From NCBI RefSeq assembly GCF_001194135.2, contig NC_068989.1:75607344-75639451 (forward strand): DNA of 32,108 bases. The letters are read 5' to 3'. The DNA is from Octopus bimaculoides. Taxonomy: Eukaryota. Positions 1-8,695 of this stretch are shown here, in pieces. The notes beneath the pieces are model-generated. The model did not search any database and was not told the DNA's origin. It worked only from the letters and a program-made list of their open reading frames with translations. Position 1 is the first letter of the stretch, and every line of letters starts with the position of its first letter. A program made the position numbers and the translations under genes.

Positions 1-315
1 AGCCTGCTCGTGAAATTAACGTGCAAGTGGCTGAGCACTTCACAGACTTGTGTACCCTTAACGTAGTTCTCGGGGAGATTCAGCGTGACACAGTGTGACA
101 AGGCTGACCCTTTGAATTACAGGCACAACAAAAACAGGAAGTAAGAGTGAGAGAAAGAGTACAGCAGGGTTCGCCACCATCCCCTGCCGGAGCCTCGTGG
201 AACTTTTTAGGTGTTTTAGCTCAATAAGCACTCACAATGCCCAGTCTGGGAATCGAAACCGCGATCCTATGATTGCGAGTCCCCTGCCCTAACTACTGGG
301 CCATTGCGCCTCCAC
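1..315 (-). mobile_element. tRNA-derived SINE family A, 3' part cut by the window edge
   Basis: The minus strand begins GTGGAGGCGCAATGGCCCAGTAGTTAGGG (A box) and then GGTTTCGATTCCC (B box). It is colinear with copies at 3941, 14890, 26531 and 31144. Confidence 0.85.
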
Positions 316-754
316 GCCTGCGAAGCAAACGAACAAGAAAAGATGTTTTTTCCTCCTTGCTAAAATAAAACAGATAGATCGATGTATTGTAAGAAATAAA
401 AATAGAGTCGAAAATCTGAACAGAATGGGACACAATGAACAAAAAGGAAAAGATCTGGAAAATAAAGTATGACTTTCTGCGAAATATCGAAACAAGTCGT
501 TTATACACGTCACCACAAACATTCCTCTTTTTGTCCTTTTCTTTCTTTTCTATCATATTAATCTTATGGCATGAGAACCGTAAGGAAGTATTTCAGCTGT
601 AATCCAAGGATTGTACAATATGATCAGATCATCACCGAGATCGACTTCATTTTTCTACGTTAAAAACCGTATTTTTATCACACGTTCGCGAATTGACCTC
701 TATAACTTGCCTGGTACATATTTCTGTCTCCCACAATACAATGGTTCATCCTTT

Positions 755-1070
755 TTACCCCCGCCTTAACGAAGGCAGAGGTATTGTTTCAGTCGTGTTT
801 GTTTGTTTGTTTGTTTGTCCGTGGACAAGATATCTCAAGAACTGTTGGATAGATTCGGATGAAACTTTCAGGGATGTTTGGCCAAGTGACTGGTACGAAC
901 TGATTAGATTTTGGGATCTATCCTGTACCGAACAAGGATTCTGGATTATTTGATATATTTACTTTACTTTACATGATGTATTACGATCCCCGATTATCTT
1001 CCCTGAAAGCACGCTCATGGTTTCTGCGTAAATTATGGCGGCGCTGCTGTTTCCAAAGATTTACTTTCGT
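755..1070 (+). mobile_element. Putative non-autonomous Helentron-associated (HINE/DINE-1-like) element
   Basis: TT-ACCCCCGCC...GGCAGAGG 5' hairpin, then a (GTTT)n microsatellite and a GGATGAAACTTTCAGG-type core. A partial inverted match GGCGGCGCT lies at 1037-1045. Recognised from recalled HINE architecture; the 3' end is uncertain. Confidence 0.4.
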
Positions 1071-1077
1071 TTCTTTA

Positions 1078-1218
1078 TTTTTAATTCTATCGAATCGACT
1101 TCGCCTTTCATCTCTTTCAGGGTCTATAAAATAAGTGTTACTTAAGCACTAGGGTCTATATAATCGACTACCCACTCCCATAAAATTTCAGGCCTTGTGA
1201 CTCTATAAGAAAGAATCT
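1078..1218 (+). mobile_element. SINE family C, 5'-truncated and decayed
   Basis: GACTTCGCCTTTCATCTCTTTCAGGGTCTATAAAATAAG...AAAATTTCAGGCCTTGTG...AGAAAGAAT matches the family C body and tail seen at 21928-22125. Confidence 0.6.
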
Positions 1219-1325
1219 TAATGAGGAAGTGGGGTGTAAATATCTTTTTGGTTCATTAACTTCGTATTAAAAATAATTAAAAATTCAACAGTAATTAATC
1301 TATTTTTTAAAATATAATTTGTACT

Positions 1326-1736
1326 TTTTTACTTGTTTCAGTCATTTGACTGCGGCCATGCTGGAGCACCGGCTTTAGTCGAGCCAATCGACCCCAGGAC
1401 TTATTCTTTGTAAGCCTAGTACTTATTCTATCGGTCTCTTTTGCCGAACCGCCCAGTTACGGGGACGTAAACACACCACCATCGGTTGTCAAGCGATGTT
1501 GGTGGTGGTGGTGGGGGGAACAAATACAGACACACAAACATATACACATACATATATATATATACATATATACGACAGGCTTCTTTCAGTTTCCGTCTAC
1601 CAAATCCACTCATAAGGCTTTGGTCGGCCCGAGGCTATAGTAGAAGACACTTGCCCAAGGTGCCACGCAGTGGGAATGAACCCGGAACCATGTGGTTGGT
1701 AAGCAAGCTACTTACCACACAGCCACTCCTGCGCCT
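1326..1736 (-). mobile_element. tRNA-derived SINE family B, full length
   Basis: Minus-strand head AGGCGCAGGAGTGGCTGTGTGGTAAG...GGGTTCATTCCCAC, core CACCTTGGGCAAGTGTCTTCTACTATAGCC...GGTAGACGGAAACTGAAAGAAGCC, an internal (TA/CA) microsatellite and tail TGACTGAAACAAGTAAA. Colinear with 14034-14440 and 16062-16492. Confidence 0.85.
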
Positions 1737-1794
1737 GTATTTCATAATGCTTTTTTTTCCCAATCTCCAATCCTCAATGAGAATTACTGGTTTG

Positions 1795-2040
1795 GGTGAT
1801 AAATTAGAACGTCGGACGAACTGCATGAGATATTTTTCCGAATCTCCGTGCTGTGAGTTCAAATGCTGCCGAGGCCAACTTTATCTTGAGTCCTCTTGGG
1901 CCCCACTCCCAAAAGCACCAGTCTCGTGAGTGTGTGTGTGGGGGGATTTGCAGAACTGCAAGAACGTCGGACCGGAGACCCTGTGGCATTTGTTCTAGCT
2001 CTTTGTGTTTTGAGTTCAAATTCTGCTGTGGCCTACTTGG
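1795..2040 (+). mobile_element. Two adjacent old family C-like head fragments
   Basis: AGAACGTCGGAC...TGAGTTCAAAT(G/T)CTGC occurs twice (about 1806-1880 and 1961-2032) and resembles the family C head and B box. Confidence 0.4.
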
Positions 2041-2303
2041 GTGGCAAACTTAATCCGTCACCCGTTTTAATACCACCACCAGGCGCCTAGAGTACATTTA
2101 GCCGGGTCCACTCTGTAGCAAGCATTCGGGCAACATTTCTGGTTTGGAGATTCTTCTCTCGCTCCCCATCCCACTAATCTTAGCAGTCACGTGAAAGATC
2201 ATGGACACTATTTTATCTTGGTTCTATATTTAAGAGATGAGGAATTATGTACATTATTTACATTATTTACAATTGACGGATATTTGTCATCTTGTTTGTT
2301 GTT

Positions 2304-2349
2304 GACACAACGTTTCGGCTGATATACCCTCCAGCCTTCATCAGGTGTC
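2304..2349 (-). ncRNA. Minimal type I hammerhead ribozyme (Penelope-type) with intact core
   Basis: The minus strand reads GACAC-CUGAUGA-A-GGCUG-GAGGGUAUAU-CAGCC-GAAA-CG-UU-GUGUC. Stem I is GACAC/GUGUC, stem II is GGCUG/CAGCC, stem III is a single A-U pair in palindromic AACGUU, and the cleavage triplet is GUU (cut between 2309 and 2308). Confidence 0.8.
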
Positions 2350-2405
2350 TTGGGGGAAATTTCGAACCTGGGTTCTCATTCCTAATGTACTTTTCGATGT
2401 TGTTG

Positions 2406-2408
<3 letters not shown>

Positions 2409-2500
<92 letters not shown>
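2409..2500. repeat. (ATT)n microsatellite inside the hammerhead element
   Basis: Perfect trinucleotide run. The homologous tract at about 7579-7617 is shorter and interrupted. Confidence 0.95.
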
Positions 2501-2504
<4 letters not shown>

Positions 2505-2671
2505 TCACTGCCTGGAATCGAACTCGGAGAATCTTGGGGTTAGTAGCCCGCGCTCTTAACCACTATGCCATATGTCCGTGGGCTATTTTTCTTGTTTTCC
2601 CTCCTCATTTCAAAAGTGGGGGGTGGGTGGGTGAAGAAGCGTGAGATACAATTCCTTGCGGTTTCGATTTT

Positions 2672-2755
2672 TTACCCTCTGAGTTCAAGTATTGCCGAGG
2701 TCAACAGTGCCTTTCATCCTTCCGCGATAAATAAAGTACCAGTCAAATACTAGCT
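2672..2755 (+). mobile_element. SINE family C fragment
   Basis: CTGAGTTCAAGTATTGCCGAGGTCAACAGTGCCTTTCATCCTTCCGCGATAAATAAAGTACCAG. Confidence 0.55.
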
Positions 2756-2916
2756 TCGATTCTCTTTCAGTTCTTTCAGTCTGTCTGTTCGTCTCGGAAT
2801 CCCCTGTATTGCACTATGAGAAGAATTGAGGGAGATCAATTACGGTGTTCCTTACTCCCAGCAACTTTTTCTTTATTTATATATGTCTGTATGTATACAC
2901 ACACACACACACACTC

Positions 2917-2999
2917 TTTCTTCCTTCCTTTCTTTCTTCCTTTCTTTCTTCCTTTCTTTCTTCCTTTCTTTCTTCCTTTCTTTCTTCCTTTCTTTCTTC

Positions 3000-3030
<31 letters not shown>

Positions 3031-3031
3031 T
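2917..3031. repeat. Compound (TTTCTTTCTTCC)n / (TTTC)n polypyrimidine microsatellite
   Basis: Directly visible 12-mer units that decay into TTTC units. Confidence 0.95.
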
Positions 3032-3454
3032 CACACACACATGTATATATATAAACAAAGCACAGAACAAATTGATATGCAGACGTAACGGCATAAAGAC
3101 GGACCGATATACATTACAGCCCAAAAGAGGAATAAAGGAAAAAAAATGAAATAAAAAGAATCCATTGTTTGAGATACGGAGGAAGATGACTGAATGGTTT
3201 CTTCTAAAATATGTTGTGCGTGGAAAAATATTTTCTTTGAAAAATACTTATGTCATTAACATTGTTCAATGTCCGAGGTAAAAAAGAATATGTATAAAAG
3301 ACAATGGCCGCCATGCCGTTTGCAGCGGAAAGACAGGTTGCCTGTAAAGAGGGGGGTAGGAGAGGAAGGTGTGAAGATATAAAGTTACATGAAACGTGTT
3401 GTTAGCTGGCTTGTAAAATAGCAACATTTGAATAATAGAATTGTTGTTTTTAGT

Positions 3455-3600
3455 CACTACCACCATCACCACCACCGCCACCCTCTCGATCAACCACCAA
3501 CCACTGCAACCGCTGACACTGCCACCGACACGACCGCCACTACCTACGCCACCGCCACTAACTCCACCGCTGCCACAACCACCAACACTACTACTGCCGC
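3455..3600. repeat. Degenerate (CAC/CCA/CTA)-type trinucleotide repeat
   Basis: Low-complexity triplet tract that accounts for the Thr/Pro/His-rich ORFs called here. Confidence 0.8.
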
Positions 3601-3649
3601 GCTATTGTTGTTACCTTTACCACGTCAACACAAACTACACGAGCTAGAA

Positions 3650-3885
3650 ATGACACGTTTACATGCCCACTTGAACAACTGGAAATAGTAACCAAATATT
3701 CCTCAAATCATATTTTTCTTGAAAAATAAATTTTTAAAAAAGTAACATTAGGAGACATTATAAAGTATAGCTCTAGATACACTATAACTGACAAAAAAAA
3801 AAACACGTTTTGAACAGAACTGGAATGCTTGAGTCCAAAATACGTTTGCTCGATCAGTACTGATCTAAGATTAAACAGAAGCGAC
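3650..3885 (+). repeat. Unclassified dispersed repeat family E, copy 1 (decayed)
   Basis: Shares CTGGAAATAGT with the GTGCTAGAAATAGC motif of the 4410 and 25920 copies. TGCTCGATCA at 3847-3856 recurs at 26069-26078. Confidence 0.45.
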
Positions 3886-3940
3886 CAGAACTACAACAAC
3901 GACAATAATACCAACAAAAACATTGGCAATATTTGAGGAA

Positions 3941-4332
3941 CTGTTGTTGTTGTTGGCACTCCGTCGCTTACGACGTCGAGGGCTCCAGTTGATCCGATCA
4001 ACGGAACAGGCTGCTCGTGAGATTAACGTGCAAGTGGCTGAGCATTCCACAGACACGTGTACCCTTAACGTAGTTCTTGGGGATATTCAGCGTGACACAG
4101 TGTGACAAGGCTGGCCCTTTGAAATACAGGTACAAGAGAAACAGGAAGTAAGAGTGAGAGAAAGTTGTGGTGGAAGAGTACAGCAGGTTTCGCCACCATC
4201 CCCTGCCGGAGCCTCGTGGAGCTTTAGGTGTTTTCGTTCAATAAACACTCACAACGCCCGGTCTGGGAATCGAAACCGCGATCCTATAACCGCGAGTCCG
4301 CTGCCCTAACCACTGGGCCATTGCGCCTCCAC
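3941..4332 (-). mobile_element. SINE family A, full length, (CAA)n tail
   Basis: Complete head to GGAGTGCCAACAACAAC tail. Direct repeat TGAGGAA at 3934-3940 and 4333-4339. Confidence 0.9.
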
Positions 4333-4409
4333 TGAGGAAATGTATTGCTAACATAAACACTAAGTAATGGCAGCATAACGGATAACATGATATAGGGATA
4401 GGAGGTCTA

Positions 4410-4600
4410 TGTGGTCCATCAACGTGCTAGAAATAGCTGCCAGATTTCCTTTACATTGCATCAAATCTTTTTATAGGTGGACGCATTGGAAAATGCAATA
4501 CAGTATGGGTAATATTTGAAAATAGGCAATATGATCAAGGAGGGAATGGTTTTGATCGTAGATCTGTTTGAACGGGACTGACCTGGCAATAAACAGTAAC
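4410..4600 (+). repeat. Dispersed repeat family E, copy 2
   Basis: GTGCTAGAAATAGC at 4424-4437 is identical to 25938-25951, with weaker colinear similarity downstream. Confidence 0.5.
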
Positions 4601-4879
4601 AGCTGCAAAAAAGAAAAAAAAACAGCTGCAGCGATGGCAGTAGTGACCCTAGACGCTGAGAACTACCAAAATTTCAACAACACCAAATTCTGTCTTCGAG
4701 TGAAAATATGTATTATGAAGAGAGGTGTGGTTGTTGCTTAACCCTAGATTAGCTATGTTCAAGCTGACATGGTCAAAGGCATTCAAGACAGGAACAGTTC
4801 GTCGTCTATTTCTAAGTAAATCCCTCACCCACGAATTAGAATCACATTATCGAACGTGGTATTTTTCCAAGCCCAAGTC

Positions 4880-5118
4880 TTCAACTTTCGCAAAATTTAT
4901 TGGGGACGTGAATAATACTTTTCTCTCTGTACTCGCCCTCCTCCTCAAGCAGTACTTGATGAAATTGATAAGGGCTTGTCGTTAGAAGTATGGCTCTGTC
5001 TCTAGACCTTTCATCCGACTTCCTTTCCAATAGCAATCAGAATGAGGAAATATGTTCGCTCTTCTTTGCCAAAAGATAGCGGTAGTTCGATTTTCTTGAA
5101 GGATTCGGCAATCAACCT
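4880..5118 (-). pseudogene. Possible 3' end of an L1/Tx1-type LINE ORF2 (stops and a frameshift)
   Basis: Minus-strand pieces EERTYFLILIAIGKEV and ALINFIKYCLRRRASTERKVLF resemble recalled Tx1-type ORF2 C-termini. There is no catalytic motif here to confirm it. Confidence 0.3.
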
Positions 5119-5236
5119 AGACAAAAATGTCATAAGTTTTCGGAGGATGGGTGCAGTGGGTATTTATTTTGTCAACTCTGGGACAATAAAAGTGAAGTTG
5201 ACACCGAGTTGAAATTGAATTCGGAGCCACGTGACA

Positions 5237-5910
5237 TAATGATATAATTGTTTCTAACTTAGGCATAATACTAACAATTTGAAGGGAAATCGATACCATC
5301 AACCCCAGTAATTTACTGATACATTGTTTTATCTCACCCGGAAGGATAAAAGGATAAGTTGACTTAACGGGATTTGAACTCGGAGCGTAAAGAGTTCTAA
5401 GAGATATTAGGGACATTTCTTCTGATGCTCTAACTCGCCGCCTTTAAAAAGTAACATAATCTAATTGTTTCTGATTAAGAGACAAGACTAGCAATTTTAA
5501 GGGGAGTGTTAAACGATACCAGTGAGCTCAGCACTTGACTGGTACTTTATTTTATCGACCCCGGAGGAACGAAAGGTAAAACAGACCTCGGCCAGATTTG
5601 GACCCCGAACATAAAGTGCTGTAAAGACACTGTAAATCATTTTGCCCGACGCTCTGACGATTCTACCAACTTGCTGCCTTCGTTAAGTGGCATTATATAA
5701 TCCTTTCTGCCATAGGCACAAAGCCTGGAATTTTTGGGGAAGGGGCTTGCCGATAACATCGACCTCATTACTTGACTGGTACCTATCTAATCGACCCGGA
5801 AAAGATGAAAAAAAGCAAAGTAAACCTCGGTAGAATTTGAACTTAGAACGTAAAGAAATACCACTTAGGATTTTGCTCGGTGTACTAATGATTCTGCCAA
5901 CTTAGTGCCT
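5237..5910 (-). mobile_element. Three head-to-tail family C SINE copies
   Basis: Units at about 5237-5443, 5456-5680 and 5697-5910. Each has an AGG(C/T)-type head, GAGTTCAAAT-like B box, ...GATAAAATAA(A)GTACCAG-like core and ATT-rich tail. Confidence 0.75.
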
Positions 5911-5974
5911 AATAAAGCGACGTTATATAATAATGTTAATAAAGATCCATTCTCCTGAGTGTACAGTCATTCGG

Positions 5975-6235
5975 TCAACTGAACTACTTGCTCACTGAAT
6001 TAGCATTAAGTGGTGGGGTATTCCACGGACATGTGTATCGTTAAGGTAATTCTAAAATAGAATCACAAGATGTGATAAGGATACAGCTTTGAATCAGAAG
6101 TGCAATCCATTCAACAGGCTTTTGCGCAGTTCAGTTTTTTGTCCATGTAGGTTAGAGCGGGATTTGAACTCAGAAGGCTATAAGCTGTAGCAAATACCGC
6201 AAGGCCTCCGGTTCAACGGTCTCACAGTTCCATTA
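5975..6235 (-). mobile_element. Old SINE remnant with a family A-like 3' half next to a family C-like head
   Basis: 6010-6090 aligns by eye to the family A segment AAGTGGCTGAGCACTCCACAGACACGTGTACCCTTAACGTAG. 6157-6235 contains GGGATTTGAACTCAGAA...AAATACCGCAAGGC (reverse family C head). Confidence 0.4.
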
Positions 6236-6816
6236 ATCAACAACCAGACTTGATTGTTAATGTTTTTTAAAGTGTCCCCCCCCCCCCGCTCCCATCCCTG
6301 AAATGATGAACGGAAATCTATTCCCTGGTGAGTTTTGAACTTAGAGGTTGGAGCTTCAGAGCAAATACTGGCGAGGCATTCTGACGACTCTGCTGACTCG
6401 CCGCCGGGCTGTTTGCTTGCACGTGTCTCGAAGTAAAGTATTTTCTGTTTCATTAATAGTTCTATTGATAACGACCATGGTGGTAGGTTGCTTTAAGACA
6501 ACTTCTCATCCTACTTTAATGTAATTACTACGTTTATTATGTGGTCTATAATTCATAAGTTACTATTTTCGTGTTAGGTTGTTAGAGAGTTTCATCATAC
6601 GTTACAATCTACATCCTGTCATATGACGACATTCTTGCTAACTCTTTCGCTGTCACCGCCATCTGTCTATCTGTCTGGCTGTCTGTCTATGTCTCTCTGT
6701 CTCTCTCTCTGTCTCTCTATCTATGTCTGTCTGTATGTCTGTCTATCTTATTATATATATATCTTATTATCTGGCTGTGTATCTTATATATTCTTAGTTA
6801 AAGTAATTCATATGTA

Positions 6817-6951
6817 GTTCTATATTTAAGAGATGAGGAATTATGTACATTATTTACATTATTTACATTATTTACATTTGACGGATATTTGTCCTCATCT
6901 TGTTTGTTGTTAACACAACGTTTCGGCTGATATACCCTCCAGCCTTCATCA
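6817..6951 (-). mobile_element. Inverted, 5'-truncated copy of the Penelope terminal repeat (pLTR)
   Basis: Reverse complement of 7672-7760 plus the rest of the tail. Near-identical to 2221-2343 and directly upstream of the truncated ORF. Confidence 0.85.
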
Positions 6952-6963
6952 ATTATGAAGTAA

Positions 6964-7474
6964 AGGGAGGATGAAACCAATAAACTGTCCACAGTCTGTC
7001 TACCCTATGTGACAGGCTTCTCCGAAAAGATACAAATGATATGCGGCCCATATGACATCAGGACAGTATTCAAGAGTAATATAACATTTCGCAAATATCT
7101 CCTATGAGTAAAACCACCAATAGAAGAGAATATGACTAAAGACTGCGTGTACTCCATCTTATGCAGCTGTGGTAGGTTATACAAAGGCGAAACATATCGC
7201 CCCCTCAAAATAAGGGTAGACGAACATCGCAAAGCTGTGACACGAAGAGGTATTGATAAATTGGGTATAGCTGATCATGTATGGAAAAATGGAGACCACT
7301 TCCCCCCTGTGGGATGAAGTTAAAGTAATAGATAGAGAACACCGCTGGAAAATACGAAGACTAAAAGAAGCAGCACATATGCTAGGAAACAACAACCTCC
7401 TAAGCAGACCGAGTGCAGATATGAGTAGTATATGGGAATCGGTATTAAGGAAGGATAGGAAAATAGATTTATAA
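6964..7474 (+). pseudogene. Penelope-like element ORF, 3' part (linker and GIY-YIG endonuclease), 5'-truncated
   Basis: Frame 1: CLPYVTGFSEKIQMICGPYDIRTVFKSNITFRKYLL*VKPPIEENMTKDCVYSILCSCGRLYKGETYRPLKIRVDEHRKAV...GIADHVW. After a +1 shift in the C6 run (7302-7307): PLWDEVKVIDREHRWKIRRLKEAAHM. This is the VY-x-I-x-C-x-C...Y-x-GET...R-x-x-EH signature of PLE GIY-YIG domains. Stop at 7105-7107. Confidence 0.9.
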
Positions 7475-7497
7475 GCCCTAAAATTCACTCCATAATT

Positions 7498-7760
7498 GCC
7501 CAGGGGCATATGGCGTAGTGGTTAAGATCGCGGGCTATTAACCCCAAGATTCCGAGTTCGATTCCAGGCAATGACCTGAATAATAATAATAATAACAATA
7601 ACAATAATAATAATAACATCGAAAAATACCTTAGGAATGAGTACCCAGGTTCGAAGTTTCCCCAAGACACCTCATGAAGGCTGGAGGGAATATCAACCGA
7701 AACGTTGTGTTAACAATAAACAAGATGAGGACAAATATTCGTCAAATGTAAATAATGTAA
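7498..7760 (+). mobile_element. Penelope 3' terminal repeat with tRNA head, (AAT)n and mutated hammerhead
   Basis: A box TGGCGTAGTGG (7511-7521) and B box GAGTTCGATTCC (7554-7565). The hammerhead remnant at 7666-7711 has CUCAUGA in place of CUGAUGA and a stem II mismatch (CAACC). Colinear with 2583-2250. Confidence 0.85.
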
Positions 7761-8695
7761 TTTATATATATTGAACGGGGGTATGATTCATTATGTATCA
7801 CACGTATGGAGTTGGTCTATTTACAAATGGTGTGGGTACATTTCATTTTAAGGTTACTTCCTATGTTTATTTTAATTTTCATAATTCATGGAGTGTTTAT
7901 TTAAATAAACTCTCCACGAATGATATAAACTAAAAATATATATAATAACCTAAACTATCAACAAATAAAACCAATACATCTAAATAAATAAAAATTCTTA
8001 CAACTAAATAGTAGAAGTTAAATAATTATATTGATTTGGATTCATGCTAATATATATTTCAGTTTCTATTCCTTTCACAAATGAGTAGAAAAAGGAGTGG
8101 TAGACAGCCTTTAAAAAACCGAACTAAATTCCATTAAGGGGAATGGTAGTATGACCCAGTTTCTCAAAAAGCACAACCAGCCACTGTCCAACTCTGCTTT
8201 TCCATATATATATATATATATATANNNNNNNNNNNNNNNNNNNNNNNNNNNNNNNNNNNNNNNNNNNNNNNNNNNNNNNNNNNNNNNNNNNNNNNNNNNN
8301 NNNNNNNNNNNNNNNNNNNNNNNNNNNNNNNNNNNNNNNNNNNNNNNNNNNNNNNNNNNNNNNNNNNNNNNNNNNNNNNNNNNNNNNNNNNNNNNNNNNN
8401 NNNNNNNNNNNNNNNNNNNNNNNNNNNNNNNNNNNNNNNNNNNNNNNNNNNNNNNNNNNNNNNNNNNNNNNNNNNNNNNNNNNNNNNNNNNNNNNNNNNN
8501 NNNNNNNNNNNNNNNNNNNNNNNNNNNNNNNNNNNNNNNNNNNNNNNNNNNNNNNNNNNNNNNNNNNNNNNNNNNNNNNNNNNNNNNNNNNNNNNNNNNN
8601 NNNNNNNNNNNNNNNNNNNNNNNNNNNNNNNNNNNNNNNNNNNNNNNNNNNNNNNNNNNNNNNNNNNNNNNNNNNNNNNNNNNNNNNNNNNNNNN

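Larger units (their letters stand above)
2221..2583 (-). mobile_element. Stand-alone unit of tRNA head, (AAT)n, hammerhead and Penelope tail (SINE/retrozyme-like)
   Basis: A box TGGCATAGTGG (2570-2560), B box GAGTTCGATTCC (2525-2514), (AAT)n and a hammerhead at 2349-2304. The tail ends ...TTAAATATAGAAC at 2221, the same end as the copy at 6817. Flanked by the near-identical direct repeats TATTTTATCTTG (2209-2220) and TATTTTTCTTG (2584-2594). Confidence 0.85.

Noticed and set aside
1486-1929. 147-aa ORF and its look-alike at 14131-14550
   Set aside because: The shared peptide (FSFRLPNPL...PKVPRSGNEPGTMW) is the antisense translation of SINE family B, not a gene family.
2292-3688. Poly-Leu, poly-Ile, FFLP, ERKK and Thr/Pro-rich ORFs
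   Set aside because: They are translations of (ATT)n, (TTTC)n and (CAC)n repeats. The same applies to the CVCV, YIYI and HTHT ORFs elsewhere.
7105-7107. In-frame TGA in the Penelope ORF as a possible selenocysteine codon, as in Naiad-type elements
   Set aside because: The position does not look like a Cys site, a CGA to TGA CpG change is simpler, the ORF also has a frameshift, and I saw no SECIS.
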